A DNA stretch of 64,000 bases. It comes from Podarcis melisellensis (lineage: Eukaryota). Positions within the stretch are counted from its first letter, which is position 1, and every line of letters starts with the position of its first letter. The DNA is taken from the NCBI GenBank assembly GCA_964234715.1, contig OZ174284.1, one strand, 5' to 3'. A model generated the notes under the pieces. That model was not told where the DNA came from, searched no databases, and saw nothing but the letters and a program-made list of their open reading frames with translations. Below are positions 49,082-61,967 of the stretch, piece by piece. The translations under genes and the position numbers were made by a program.

Positions 49082-51672
49082 CACACAGAGGCCCAAGTGG
49101 AATTCATTCCTCAGGTGGAAATGGAACAGAGACTCCCAGCCCCATTAGCCCTGGTAGAAACAACAAAAATGTTAGTTTTCAGCAGGGGGTCAAGCTTGAT
49201 GAAAGGCCTTTGGAGCACTCACTGCTGCCCATCCCCTTAATCTGGGACACTTGAGGCAGAGAGAGAGGACACTCACAGAGGTAGGTACATCAGGGCTCTG
49301 CTTGCAACAAATGCTGGAGGAATATTGCTTTTGCCAGTGTCTCTGCTCAAATCCTTGAAAAATCCATAGTCCTCATTGCTATGCCATTTTGCCTAAAACC
49401 CACCACAGGCTACTTCAATATTTCAATTGCAGGAATGCCTGAAAATAAATGCAGAGCTCCTTCCTTTTCAACCAGAGCCTACGGGTTTACCTGTTCCATG
49501 CCTGACATCATTATTATGTTGCATGACGGGCAGGAGGGCATGGTTTGGGGCCAAATCACATTGAGGGCCAAATGGGTAGGCCTAATTAGGTCTGCAAGCC
49601 AAAGGTTCCCAACTCTTGTTGTAGGGTGCAAATGGAAGAAGAAACAGGTGGGTTAGTAGACAGTTTGACTTGGGGAGAAAGGTCCTTTACATACCCACAA
49701 AGTTAAGGAAATGGGATAAATTAAACCCGTAGAAAAAGTCACCCCTCTATCCACGCATCCATCGACTTATCCAAACGGGGGGGGGGGGGGGGCAACCAAA
49801 GTAGTTTTCAAAGGTAAGCAAACAAACCAAAGGAGGGGACCCAGTTTTGAGCAATTATCAAGTAATTTTATTGAGAAATTTAGACAACTGATTAAAATAT
49901 CCTCTGGTAGGGATGGATGCATATGTCAGCCTCAGATTCTCTCAATTTCTCTTTCTTCCCCATCTTCCCATTTCTACCCCCATTTGCAAATTTTTTTTTT
50001 TATTTTTTTTTTAAAAAGTCCAGGTAAGCATTTTTGTAGTTATACCCAATGTCTGCATTTTCACAAACAATCTCCCCTAATACAATGCCATTTCTGTCCT
50101 TCATTTTCACTCGGTCTAATATTTGTGTGCGCACTTTTCCTTAATATGAACTTGTCTGCACATGATATTTTGGGTGGGTGTGGTGGAAAACTGTATCAAG
50201 ACATTCAGAGAAGCATCCTTTTCCAAGGTTATCTGAGTTTTGGTTGATGTTTTAGTTGGTTGATGTTTGGTTGATTTGTTTTAGGAATTGTGAATTAGGT
50301 AGTTCGGCATTAAAATGGGAACTGAAGGATTTTCTCCCCCCTCTTTACCTACTGGGAAAACTTAAATGCATAAACCTTCAAGCCAAAAGTAAAATAACCA
50401 ATTCTGAATATTTGGAAAAGGAAGCCACACAGTTATGCAGTGGCTTGAAGGTGTTGAAGAAATGACAGCCTGCTGTTTAAGAGACAACAATGAAGGCAAT
50501 TGAAGGTATTCTTGCACAGGCCAATCTAGCGGGGGAAAATGGCAAATACCAGCGCTTTGCAAATAAACAAATCTTATTGGCTTGCCTTCCCAAGGCTTCT
50601 AGCAACTCTGAGTGAACACGGGTTCCCACCTAACATGCCAAAATGCAGAGGAGTTGTTCACACAAGTTTGCTCTCATGCGCGTCGGCAATATAATCCAAC
50701 TTGCGCAGTTCAGGGGAAGTGCAACATGATTACCAGCAGTGCATTTCCCTTGACGTGCATCGGCCGTGGGTCAGAAATGCCGCTTGTATTACATTGCTCA
50801 TGTGCCGGGAGAAAGCTCGAGTAGCCAGCACTTGCCGTGTCAAGAGGCAACCTCCATTACTTTAATACGGATTGTCAGAAGGATATGGAGCAGCACCCTT
50901 TTGATAGGGTCACAAGGACAAAGAGCATTGGGCCGCCTTAAAGACTAAGTGGTTTATTACAGCACAAGTTTTCAGAGCCAGCAGTCTGCTTCAGCAGATC
51001 TACCGAGTGGATGGAAAACATGGCAGGCACATTATTTATAAACCAACCCTCAAAACACTTCCACATTCCCATACACACTGAAGCCCAAGGTTGTAGCACG
51101 TAGAAAAGGTCTATTGGAGCTATAAACAGTGCTATGAAATTGGTACTTATCCCTGTTTACCGATGGTCAATTCCCAAATGTCGAAACTCAAACACAGGAC
51201 ACAAGAGCGCATGACATATGCACATCACATTGATCTAAATTTTGGGAGGTGGGATTGAGACGGCCAAAAGTCTTCCTCGGGTTTTGCCACCCAGAAGAAG
51301 ATTGTTTTACATCAACAGGGAGGAATTTCTGATCCTTGAGCCGAATTAAACGCGACAGGGATCCTCATTTGCCCTGCAACACAATTCCCTCCAAACCATG
51401 CCCACCTGCCCCATACCTGACATCATACACAACATCTGGTGTGGGACACCTAAATATGTACCTGCAAAAGTATAGTCAGGAGCCTTGAAGTGTTTCCCCA
51501 TCATTCAACAATGCCCCTTAAATCTGGCACCAAATACAAGCTCTACATGGGGTCACCTCCACTTGGGAGTTCATAACTGGAGCTTCTGAGTAAGACTGGT
51601 CTATGACAAAAGCAGGGGTTGAAGTCAGCACTGATCAGCTGATCGTTGCTGCCAGTGATCCCTACTAGGATC

Positions 51673-52271
51673 CAGCGGTGTAGCTAGCCGCCCAGGTGCC
51701 TGGTGCGGCACTTGTATCCTGCAGCCGTAGGGGCACTGAGGGAGAGGCAGTGGGCAGGCGCAATCCCCACACTGCCGTTTCAGGAAGCACAGAGCCTGAA
51801 GGTGCCCAAGCCACCACGTCACTCCCAGGAGAGGCACATGGCTCAGGCATGCCCAGGCCCCCCCGGTAAGTGCCAGCCCCCGCAGTGTGGCGCCCAGTGC
51901 CAGCCGCTTTTCGTTACATTTGTTGACTGAACTAAAAAGTTTTGTGAGCCCATTTTTTTAAAAAAACTAATACAGTCGTACCTCATGTTACATTTGCTTC
52001 AGGTTGAGCGTTTTCAGGTCCCACGGTGACCAAGAAGGACCAGAAAGGGTTACTTCTGGGTTTTGTCGCTCGTGCATGCGCAGAAGTGGCGAATCACAAC
52101 CCACGCACGCACGGACGTGGGTTGTGTTCCTTACATGTTGTGAACGGGCCTCTGGAACAGATCCCATTTGCAACCAGAGGTACCACTGTAATTTTGTCAT
52201 TTTGTCACCGCTCCCTCAGTGATGACACCTGGGGCGGACCACACACCCTGCACCCCCTTCCTCCGCCACTG
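51673..52271. mobile_element. Non-autonomous hAT element with GC-rich interior and a nested MITE
   Basis: Ends CAGCGGTGTAG / CTCCGCCACTG; perfect TSD ctaggatc at 51665-51672 and 52272-52279. Confidence 0.82.
51973..52188. mobile_element. Tigger/pogo-type MITE, second family
   Basis: TIR CAGTCGTACCTC / GAGGTACCACTG, TA TSD; interior differs from the 242-bp family. Confidence 0.8.
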
Positions 52272-52645
52272 CTAGGATCTGCTGCAGGCATTTTCCTTTG
52301 CAACCCAGTCTAAGTTCAAGAGTCAAGAGTTCTCCCTCTCCTTCCCCACCAGTGATTCTTTTCTGGTTGGTTCTCACCAAAAGCTGTAGTTCCATTTGTT
52401 GTGCATTTCTGGTCCCGTTGGACCAATATATTTTCTGCTTTTCTGCAGCCATCTGCCAGGGATTCTTTAGTTGTGCTTCCTGCATAGCATGGAGTTAGAC
52501 TAGATGACTCTTGGGGTCCCTTCCAACACTACTGAATTGATTTTAAAATGAACTGATTTTAGAATGCTGTATTACTTTTATTGTTGTTAGCCGCTCCGAG
52601 CCCGGCTTCGGCTGGGGAGGGTGGGATATAAATAAAATTTTAGTA

Positions 52646-52704
<59 letters not shown>

Positions 52705-54066
52705 GGTTCTATGATTCTACGACCAATATGCTGGCATGTCCCACTGTCTCAATAAGCTTCAAAAAATGGATCCCACCCCCACCCCCCGCATGCAATTAAC
52801 ACTGAAATAAGAGCCGAACTTCCACTAGCATTCCAGAACCTGCATTTAAATTGTGTGAAAGCTCAAACACAATGCGGAAGATGATCGGGAAATGGAACAA
52901 ACTGGCGTGTGAATGAGGAAATTTCCAATGGCACAACAGAGACACAGGACCTGGAATGTTACACGTGCAGACTCTGCGCTTTTGTTCCCAATTCCACCTC
53001 TCCATCCGAATTGAAGCTATACATGGCCCACACGCCTGGCATTCAGTAATACCAATTTATGAAAGCAAACGATCCAAAACCTCTGAACCACAGCCATTTT
53101 AAAAAGAAATCCTGCACATTTCCATGAAAGATTTCTGCAATAAATCCTGGCTGAATTCCTGTTTCCCCCTCATTTCTTACAGGTGAAAGTTGCAAGTCCC
53201 TCAGAACCTTTTTCTCTCTCTATGTATTTTTTTTTTAAGCCTCCCTCCCACTAGCTAGCAGCAAATGTACACACACTATCTTTTTCAATAAAAAACTACG
53301 GCCTTGAGTTTTTGGCCCCTTAATAGTAGCCTACATGGTTGACTACCCTTGGTGTTAAATTTTCTTAAATTGTATTTTCTGACAGTATATCATTTTTTCC
53401 CTTTTTTTTAAAGCAGTAGACCCTAGCGCAGCAAGAACTGTTCTGTCAGGAGTACATTTTAACAGCACGACACAAGTATTTTTCACTACAGGAGACACAA
53501 ACAATGATATGTATTACATGCAGTAAACATTGCCTTTGGTAGACAGGCTTCTCCTAGCATTCATCTGTCTAAAAAATCTCATTGCGTCCTGGACGGGGCG
53601 GGGGGGGGGAACCTTGCCTCATTAACAATTGCCGAAGGCTGCAGCTTTGTAAACTGCCAACAACACACTGTCACATTTTTCACAAAACAAGAGCCTGATA
53701 GACTATTATGTGAGGCGGAAGAAAACCCAAGAAAAGTGGATTAGGGTATGTTAAAAATGTTGGGGGGGGGGGAGCAGGGGGCAAGAAGAGAGCAGGAGGA
53801 CACAAATAAATCCCTTATATCTTCTTCTCGCTGATAAACATACCAGGTAATTCCTAGAAATAGGCTTCCGCAGTTCTTGCTTAAAAAGTGTAGTGATTCA
53901 AAGATAAGGCACCTTGACTGTAGCTTTGCATGCAAAGGTTCCATGTTCAACCCTTGGCATCTGCAGGCAGGGCTGGGAATATAGACCTAGCTGAAGCCCC
54001 AGAGAGCAGCTGCCAGTCAGTGTTGACAATATTGAACTAGATGAACCATGGGTCCAATTCAACATA

Positions 54067-54428
54067 CTGTATTTTACCACATAATAGTCTCACCCTTTTG
54101 GGGGGCATGGCTAAAATTGGTCCCAAAGCATTCATTGTATAATAGTCACAGGGCATTCTCAGTGCACATTCTCAGTACAAGCCGAAGGCTCAAAGGGAGT
54201 GGGCGGGTGGACGAAGCTGCCATGATAGAGGCAGGAGAGACTTGGATCGCACCAAAACCAGTCAGTAACAAATAAGAATCAACATTAACAGAAGTATGTT
54301 CATTAATAAAAATTGTTTCCTCACATATTGGTCGCGCCTCAGGTTTTTCACTGCACAATAGTCGCACCCCCCTTTTTAAAAAAAGAAAAATCAGATTAAA
54401 AATGTGACTATTGTGTGGTGAAAAACAG
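54067..54428. mobile_element. Tc1/pogo-type non-autonomous element
   Basis: Inverted ends ctgtattttaccacataatagtc / gactattgtgtggtgaaaaacag; TA flanks. Confidence 0.65.
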
Positions 54429-54430
54429 TA

Positions 54431-54657
54431 GAGTGGTACCTTGGGTTACATGCGCTTCAGGTTACAGACTCCGCTAACCCAGAAATAGTGCTTCAGGTTA
54501 AGAACTTTGCTTCAGGATGAGAACAGAAATTGTGCTCTGGCAGCACGGCGGGCAGCAGAAGTCCCCATTAGCTAAAGTGGTGCTTCAGGTTAAGAACAGT
54601 TTCAGGTTAAGTACGGACCTCCAGAACGAATTAAGTACTTAACCCGAGGTACAACTG
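54431..54657 (-). mobile_element. Tc1/pogo-type MITE
   Basis: Family body; TA flanks. Confidence 0.9.
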
Positions 54658-54726
54658 TACTGGTGCTTCTTGTGCTGGTGTTTGCAAGTTCTTTGCACTA
54701 CAGTTGCTGCTGCAAAGAGTGGAAAA

Positions 54727-55364
54727 GGGCTGGGCGATACAACGTCCCAAACCAGTTTGCAGTCCATATCGTGATATCGGTTTCATAGTTTCTGACCTGG
54801 CAATATATCATGAATCATGATGTGGGTGGGTGGGTGCTATGCAAAAATCACAATGTGGGGGGAAACCATGAAGCCAGGTAACGCCTCTACATAAGGTAAA
54901 GGTAAAGGTACCCCTGCCCGTACGGGCCAGTCTTGACAGACTCTAGGGTTGTGCGCTCATTTCACTCTAGAGGCCGGGAGCCAGCGCTGTCCACAGACAC
55001 TTCCGGGTCACGTGGCCAGCGTGACAAGCTGCATCTGGCGAGCCAGCACCAGCGCAGAACATGGAAACGCCGTTTACCTTCCCGCTATAAAGCGGTCCCT
55101 ATTTATCTACTTGCACTTAGGGGTGCTTTTGAACTGCTAGGTGGGCAGGAGCTGGGACCGAAAGACGGGAGCTCACCCCGCCACGGGGATTCGAACCGCC
55201 GACCATGCGATCGGCAAGTCCTAGGCACTGAGGTTTTACCCACAGCGCCACCCGCGTCCCTTAACGCCTCTACATAGCTCCATCCTTATTTCAGGCATTG
55301 TTATATATTGCAATGTTTAGCTGGTGACATATCACTCTGTTGAAAACCAGTTTTGCCCAGCCCT
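54727..55364 (+). mobile_element. hAT-like element with AGGGCTGGGC ends, interrupted by a SINE
   Basis: Ends agggctgggcgata / gcccagccct; uninterrupted relative at 58110-58377. Confidence 0.7.
54894..55260 (-). mobile_element. Sauria SINE, distinct CpG-rich subfamily
   Basis: 15-bp perfect TSD taacgcctctacata at 54879-54893 and 55262-55276. Confidence 0.92.
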
Positions 55365-55959
55365 AGTGTGGACCCATGCTGTGGCTTCCCTTATTTTCCA
55401 GCTATATAGGGTGACATCCAAGTTGTTCCATCAAGGCAAGGATTTCTGTTTGTGTGATGGAACTTACCTGTGTCCTCCTCAAATCTCCTCCAGAGGGTTG
55501 GGGGGGGGACCCAGAACAAATTTAGAGGGAAGCAAAGGGAGAAAAACCTATTGTGCAAGCAGAAATCCTCACACCAACAGAATCAGTTAGTTGGCTGCTG
55601 CCCATTTTTATTTTTCTCTTTTAACCGTATGTGAATTTTTTCTTTCTTTTTACTGTTTTGCTCTATGGTGGCCTGCCATATGATGATGGGCAGGCTGGAC
55701 ACCTTATACAAATTAAATGAAATACTACTAATAGTAGTAAACCATGAGATGAGTTCCATCTTCCGAGCCCTTTCCAAATACTGTATGTTTTGCTTGAGTT
55801 CAAAACCACGCAGCCACCTTCATTGCAAGAACATAGTCAAATATAAAAAGCCAATTAGGCAGATTCATGGCAGATAGCTCTATCAATAGCTATTAATTAT
55901 GATGGATACATGGCTCTTCTGTCTTCAGAGGCACTGTATGCCTATGAATGCCAAGTCCT

Positions 55960-56305
55960 AGGGGGGAAGGTTGAAAGAGCTGGATATGTTTAGCCTGGGG
56001 AAGAGAAGATTAATGGGAGACATGATGAGAGCAGCCTTCAAAGAGAAGATGGAGCAGACTCGTTCTCCCTTGCTCCAGAGGGAAGGACTAGAACCGGTGG
56101 GTGGAAATTGCAAGGAAGCGGATCTTGACAGAACACTAAGAGAAACTTTCTCATGGTAAGTACAGTCAAACACTCTGCCCTGGAAAATTGTGGGGCTCAG
56201 TTATCTCTCGGGGTGACTTAGCTGCATCCTGCATTGGAGATCTTGCACCGAGCAAAGTGTTGGGGATAATGACCTCCAAGGTCCCTTCTGACTCAGTCTA
56301 TGATT
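55960..56305 (+). mobile_element. CR1 LINE 3' end, decayed
   Basis: Encodes RLKELDMFSLGKRRLMGDM; tail ggtcccttctgactcagtctatgatt. Confidence 0.75.
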
Positions 56306-56640
56306 TCTAGATGCTGGGGGAAAATAGCATGAGAGGGCTATTGTCCCAAGGAAGCCCATCACCTAGGAACAAAGATGTCAGGTCTACCACTATGCACACC
56401 AGGATGCCTGATTAGATTGAACCACCCAACCCAACAAAGCTCTTGCTATACTCTTTTATACTCTTATAGAACTAGTAGCCAATGCCCCTGGTCTACCACC
56501 CCTATCATTCCTGCCTATTGGCAACGCTTACTGGGACTGGTGGAAGTACTAAATGCTAGTAGTACAAAAATTTCTATTAACACCTTTTGCCTAGAGAGCA
56601 AGATGCTCTTTTCCAGCTCCCTTTTCTCTGCATTCTTGTA

Positions 56641-57024
56641 AAAGGTAAAGGTAAAGGACCCCTGACAGTAGAGTCCACTCGCAGACGACTCTGGGGTTGT
56701 GGTGCTCATCTAGCTTTACAGGCTGAGGGAGCCAGTGTTTGTCTGCAGACAGTTTTTCTGGGTCATGTGGCCAGCATGACTAAGCCGCTTCTGGCACAAC
56801 GGAACACCGAAACCAGAGTAGCGCATGGAAACGCCGTTTACCTTCCCGCCAGAGCAGTACCTATTTATCTACTTGCACTTTTGGGCATGCTTTCGAACTG
56901 CTAGGTTGGCAGGAGCTGGGACCGAGCAACGGGAGCTCACCCCATTGCAGGGATTCGAACCGCCGACTTTCTGATCAGCAAGCCCAAGAGGCTCAGTGGT
57001 TTAGACCACAGCGCCACCCGCATC
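56641..57024 (-). mobile_element. Sauria SINE, full length
   Basis: TSD cattcttgta / cattctcgta; AAAGGT tail. Confidence 0.92.
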
Positions 57025-58109
57025 CATTCTCGTAGCTTCCTTGAAAGAGGAATCACATTGGCCTAGCACTTCCATGGCCAACATTCACACGGGCAAGAAA
57101 TCAAAAAATCACCCCTGCAAACTTTTCAACAGGGCTGTGCACACTTGTATGGAATTTTAATACCAAACCAACATGCCACTTCAAATTCTGCGGCTGCATT
57201 GATCATGAAGAACACATTATGCAAATGTGGGTTTTTATTAGTCCTTGGGGACTAGGAAACAACATCAAAAATGATGAAAGGGAATAGATTGTAGTAGCAC
57301 GCACAAGGCACTTTCGACACTCAAATGGATTGTGGCACAATCAACTTCTCACCTGAACGTGTTACTGGTCATGGCCTTGGGATCGTCTACCATTCAGGTC
57401 ATTAAACCTTCTAATATACTCACAAAGGGAATGTCATTCTAAAATAAAGGGGGCAGTGGGGGAGAGTATTTAATAGCATTATAGAAGCATTTACATACAG
57501 TCCATTGCAATCCATCTCAAGGCATTAATTGATAACGAAGTGGCATGCCTGCACTACCCTAAATCCCAAAACCATTGTTCTATTTTTCATTCCTGGCCTC
57601 ACATGGCAAGTGACCCTTCTTTTCACAAACTTCCTCTACAATTTTCTTGTATTCTTGATGCAGAGCTGAATCTTTTACATCACTTCCTCTTCTCTGCACT
57701 TTTGAGTGTCTTCCTGTTCCTTCCATCTCCCCTTTATCTAACAGGGTGCACTGCGTGGCTGCAGTGGAAGCATTAAAGAGGAACTGCACAGGGCAGCTCT
57801 AAACCTCAGTCTTAGGGGGTCAATCTATCAACAGTGTTCGGACTAAGCAAGCAAGATGTGCCAGTAATGCTCCAGCTCACAGTTCTAGCCAACCAGCCAG
57901 CCATGCCCTTTCCAGGGCATACTGTTCCATTCTCCCTCCATCCTGGTTTTACATTCCCCTACCCTGAACCAGCCAGTCACATTTTGGTGCCTACTGAGCA
58001 CACATGGTCCTCATGAAGTTCTCCTTCTCTCATCCTGAATTAGGGATACTTTTACTTATGTATGTATTTAGAGATTCCCAACTCCTGCTTTTTCTTGTTG
58101 AGTGTTCAC

Positions 58110-58377
58110 TAGGACTGGGCAATATATCAATATATATCATCCAAAACTGGTTTGAAGTCTACATTGTGATGTCAGTTTCATCATTTTTGACCTGGCAATA
58201 TATTGTGAATCTGTGTGTGTGTGTGTGCATGCGCTATGCAAAAATCACAATGTGGGGGGAAACCATGAAGCCATCCCATGCTCCATCTTTATTTTAGACA
58301 TTGTGATATATCAGTATATCACAATGTTTAGCTGGTGATATATCACAATGTTGAAAACCAGATATCACCCAGCCATA
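58110..58377 (+). mobile_element. hAT-like element, same family as 54727-55364
   Basis: Shares gctatgcaaaaatcacaatgtggggggaaaccatgaagcca and both ends. Confidence 0.7.
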
Positions 58378-59647
58378 GTGTTCACTTACAGATGAAGTGC
58401 TGGACTTACTCTTAAATGCAAAGTAAGGTGAGACATGGCATTTTTCATCATCAAGACGACGTAAGGCAAGGGCAAAACACTGGATAACTTTCCAGTTTAG
58501 AAGATGATTTAAGGAAAAGTGAGAACCTTGCCAGAAGCAGTAGCAGCTCTGCAGACCAGCTTTCCGAACCCAGGACCTTCTGAATCTTGCTGGACCACAG
58601 CCCCACAACACATCACACCCCTGACTATTAGTCAAGCTGACTGGCAATAATAGGAGTTGAAATCCTACAACGTCTAGAAGGCATTGGCTTGGGTTTAGGG
58701 GTCTGCTGGAGAGGGTTTAGGGGAAACTCTCTGAGATTTCAAGCACTGCAGATCAAGTAGTCTCCCCCGCAAGACTGAAATTCTTCCATCTAGACAAATC
58801 CCTTCACCTAAGAAAGGAAAGATTTTGAACAAAAGATTCTCAATCCATCGAGCCTAAAAGGAAAACGAGGTAGGAGGCAGAGACTTGATAGCACAAGTCT
58901 TTTTAACCATCTACAAAGATACCCAGTGCTTGTATTGCTTGCGCCTCGCATTAGCCAGTCTAATTGGTCACAAATTGCTACCTTGGGAATGGCATCACTC
59001 TTAATAGGACGGAATCTGACTTTGCTCTACAGGAATTCAGGTGGTTAAGACACAGCTCACCAAAGAATTACGCCAACCGGCAGTGTGCACCTGAGGTTTG
59101 TGCGTGTGTGTAACCCTTAGAATTTTATAAAGAACCTTTTAAAGATGACATTGGGGGGAAGGAAGAGAATTCCATGCCTTTTCGCCTCCAAATGTTTTCA
59201 TGTGCTAAGATAGCAAGACGTACCCAGGCTCAAAAGCAGAGTGTAGTTGATTCAACTTTCTTTGCCTCCTGCAAATGCACAAGAAATCCGCTAAACTCTA
59301 GTGAATTTTACAAATAGGTCAGCTCTGATTAAGTTGTTAGAACAGAACAGAACAGAACAGAACAGAGAGTGAAGGAGTTGCCCATTTTCTGCCTTTAGGG
59401 TCAATCCTTTAGCCATCAAACCAGGATCCGCTAGCCTCACCTACCTGCTTTCCTCATTCACACCCACAGATATTCCTTCACTTTCTACCCACCTGTGTCA
59501 CCAGATCCTAGAACCTAACCCCTTCCTGGGTACAAGTCCCACCCATGCTCATTCATGCACACTGTAAGCGTAAAGCAAAACCCACTGAGGGGTGTAAAGA
59601 CTATTTGCAGAAACACTGTAAAGTTTATGAATGTTAAAACAATGTTG

Positions 59648-59783
59648 CAGTTACAGATAGGTAGCCGTGTTGGTCTGCCATAGTCAAAACAAAAAAAATT
59701 CCTTCCAGTAGCACCTTAAAGACCATGCACACGAAAGCTCATACCAAGAACTAACTTAGTTGGTCTTTAAGGTGCTACTGGAA
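59648..59783. mobile_element. Penelope-like element remnant with an inverted terminal segment
   Basis: gtagccgtgttggtctg...ccagtagcaccttaaagacca followed by its 23-bp perfect inverted copy; 12-bp flanking direct repeat aaaacaatgttg. Confidence 0.7.
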
Positions 59784-59795
59784 AAAACAATGTTG

Positions 59796-60280
59796 GTTTT
59801 GGAAATAATATGGCATTAGTGATATAGCTTAAGAAAAGTATGCAAAATGTAACAGCAAAGGAGGAAAGACTAAAGTTATATTATGTCGAAAGTAAATAAT
59901 ATTATAAAGGTGTTTAAGTATGAGGAGGAAAGATTGGTGACATAATAGAACGAACCTAATAATTAGAAATGAGATTTGAAAGAGGGTAAGGATTTGCTGT
60001 ATCTGATTGGGTAAAGAGGAACACAAAAAAGGGAGGCGTGAGGAATTCAAGAAAGGAAGTTAATTAAGTATGATTTTAAAAGCTGGAGTTTTTATGTTTT
60101 GTATCTGGTTGGGTGGAATTTTTCTTTACTGTATTCTATATTCTAGTATTTTGATCTGTTCTATGCGTATTTTTGATTATGTTTTATTTCTTTTTACTTT
60201 CTTTTTACTTTTGTGGCTGTTATGTGCTTTTCTTTTTTGTAAAAACCTAATAAATATATACTTTTTTTAAAAAATAAAAC
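59796..60280 (+). mobile_element. Probable L1-type 3' UTR
   Basis: A/G-rich then T-rich composition ending in AATAAA and an A-rich tail. Confidence 0.5.
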
Positions 60281-60715
60281 TGCAGCTGCTGGTGGTAAAA
60301 GATATTTCACTAGATATACAGAAAACTAGCCAATCCCAAGTCTTCAGATGCTGAATGAGCGCACACTTTCCAGTTCTTGTGTACGTTGCTGACCATAGAA
60401 TCAGTCATCTGTTCTTGCTTTAGTTCTTTGCTTTGCTCCTTCAGCACATCTAGGATTTTGGATCCTAGAAGAATCATGCTGGTCCTGTTTTGCAAGAACA
60501 TTTGCACCCTAGGCCCCACTGCAAGCCTCCCTTAGCCTCATCACACATGCCTCTGGGCCTGTGCAGCTGGAGACTGTAGAGGGCCATACTTGGGCCACAA
60601 GGAAGGTTCATTTTATTATTGCACACCTTCTTCTCAGAGTGGATTTCAGCGATGAAGATCAGTAGGTGCTGGTGAGCAAGTGAGATTGCAGCTGGCTAAG
60701 AGAATCGAGATGGGT

Positions 60716-60963
60716 CCATTAGGTCCAGTCATGGCTGACTCTGGGGTTGCGGCGCTCATCTCGCTTTATTGGCTGAGGGAGCCAGTCTACACGTGGCCAG
60801 CATGACTAAGCTGCTTCTGGCGAACCAGAGCAGTGCACGGAAATGCTGTTTACCTTCCCACCGGAGCGGTACCTATTTATCTACTTGGACTTTGATGTCG
60901 CTGGGATTTGAACCACCAACCTTCTGATCGGCAAGTCCTAAGCTCTGTGGTTTAACCCACAGC
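60716..60963 (-). mobile_element. Sauria SINE, internally deleted
   Basis: Consensus blocks separated by deletions. Confidence 0.85.
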
Positions 60964-61215
60964 ATCTGTTAAAAATGGAATTTCTACTGTACCTTTCTAA
61001 TCCCTTGTCAGCAGCAGTGAAATAATGAAATTCTCATGCAGAGTTTCTTTCGCCTTTCGCCTTAATTTTGGTATTGCCAAGGAGCATTTCTGAGTGTCTT
61101 TTCTTGCATTCTGCAAATCCCCAGCGATCTGTATTCCACAACCACCCTAGATGACTGTGCCTCTGGAAAAACATGTGATATCCTCAGCTGGTCTACCCTA
61201 TCAGTGTTACCCAGC

Positions 61216-61476
61216 CAGGGGTGGAGAAAGGGGGTTGCAGTGGGTGCAGGCTGACCCGGGTGTCACCACTAAGGGGGTGACAAAATTCTGGGGTTACAAA
61301 ATGCAGCGCGCCTGAGCCACGCATCTCTCCATGCTGCCCAAACGATCCACCTGCTGCCTCCCCCCCAGCTGTAGGGCGACTGATTATGAGGAGGCAGGCA
61401 GACTCCTGAGGCCCCGCAGTGCGCCCCGCCCCTGGGCACCCCGCCCCAGGTGCCCAAGCGGCTTCCTCAGCCACTG
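61216..61476. mobile_element. Non-autonomous hAT element, same termini family as 51673-52271
   Basis: Perfect 8-bp TSD tacccagc at 61208-61215 and 61477-61484. Confidence 0.82.
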
Positions 61477-61592
61477 TACCCAGCATGCCTCAAACAACTG
61501 TTTACTATTATTTAAGCAAATGTGTTCCTTTTTTACATTTCAACAAATCTGTGCGGATTTTTTTTAAAAAAGGAAAAACAAGGAGTTTGCTG

Positions 61593-61967
61593 TGGGGTAG
61601 CTCTGTCAGTAGAGCATAAGACTCTTTTTTTGTTAAATCGTTTTTATTAATTTTCCAATAAAAAACATCTAATTAACATATCAAATCCAATAAAAAATTT
61701 AAAAAGATCAAATTATCTTCCAAATTATAATTATTAATTTTGGGGACTTCCCATAGTCTGGACCTTGAAGCATATCTCCAAATCTCAATCCTGCCTCTCG
61801 TCATTATTTCCATATTTCCACATCACAATTTTAACACTCTAGAGCATAAGACTCTTATTTTTAGGATTGTGGGCTTGAGCCCCACGTTGGATAAAAAGAT
61901 TCCAGTATTGCAGGGGGTTGGAGCAGATGGCCCTCGTGGTACCTTCCAACTTCACAATTCTATGATC
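61593..61967 (+). mobile_element. tRNA-Lys(CTT)-derived SINE with CR1-type tail, split by a retro-insertion
   Basis: tagctctgtcagtagagcataagactctt...ggattgtgggcttgagccccacgttgg resembles tRNA-Lys; tail ccttccaac...attctatgat. Confidence 0.78.
61627..61839 (-). mobile_element. Polyadenylated retro-insertion (L1-type 3' end)
   Basis: 17-bp TSD tagagcataagactctt at 61610-61626 and 61840-61856; minus-strand AATAAA at 61648-61643 followed by an A run. Confidence 0.8.

Noticed and set aside
61593-61892. Functional or intron-containing tRNA-Lys gene
   Set aside because: The stems are decayed, the insert has a TSD and poly(A), and a LINE-type tail follows.
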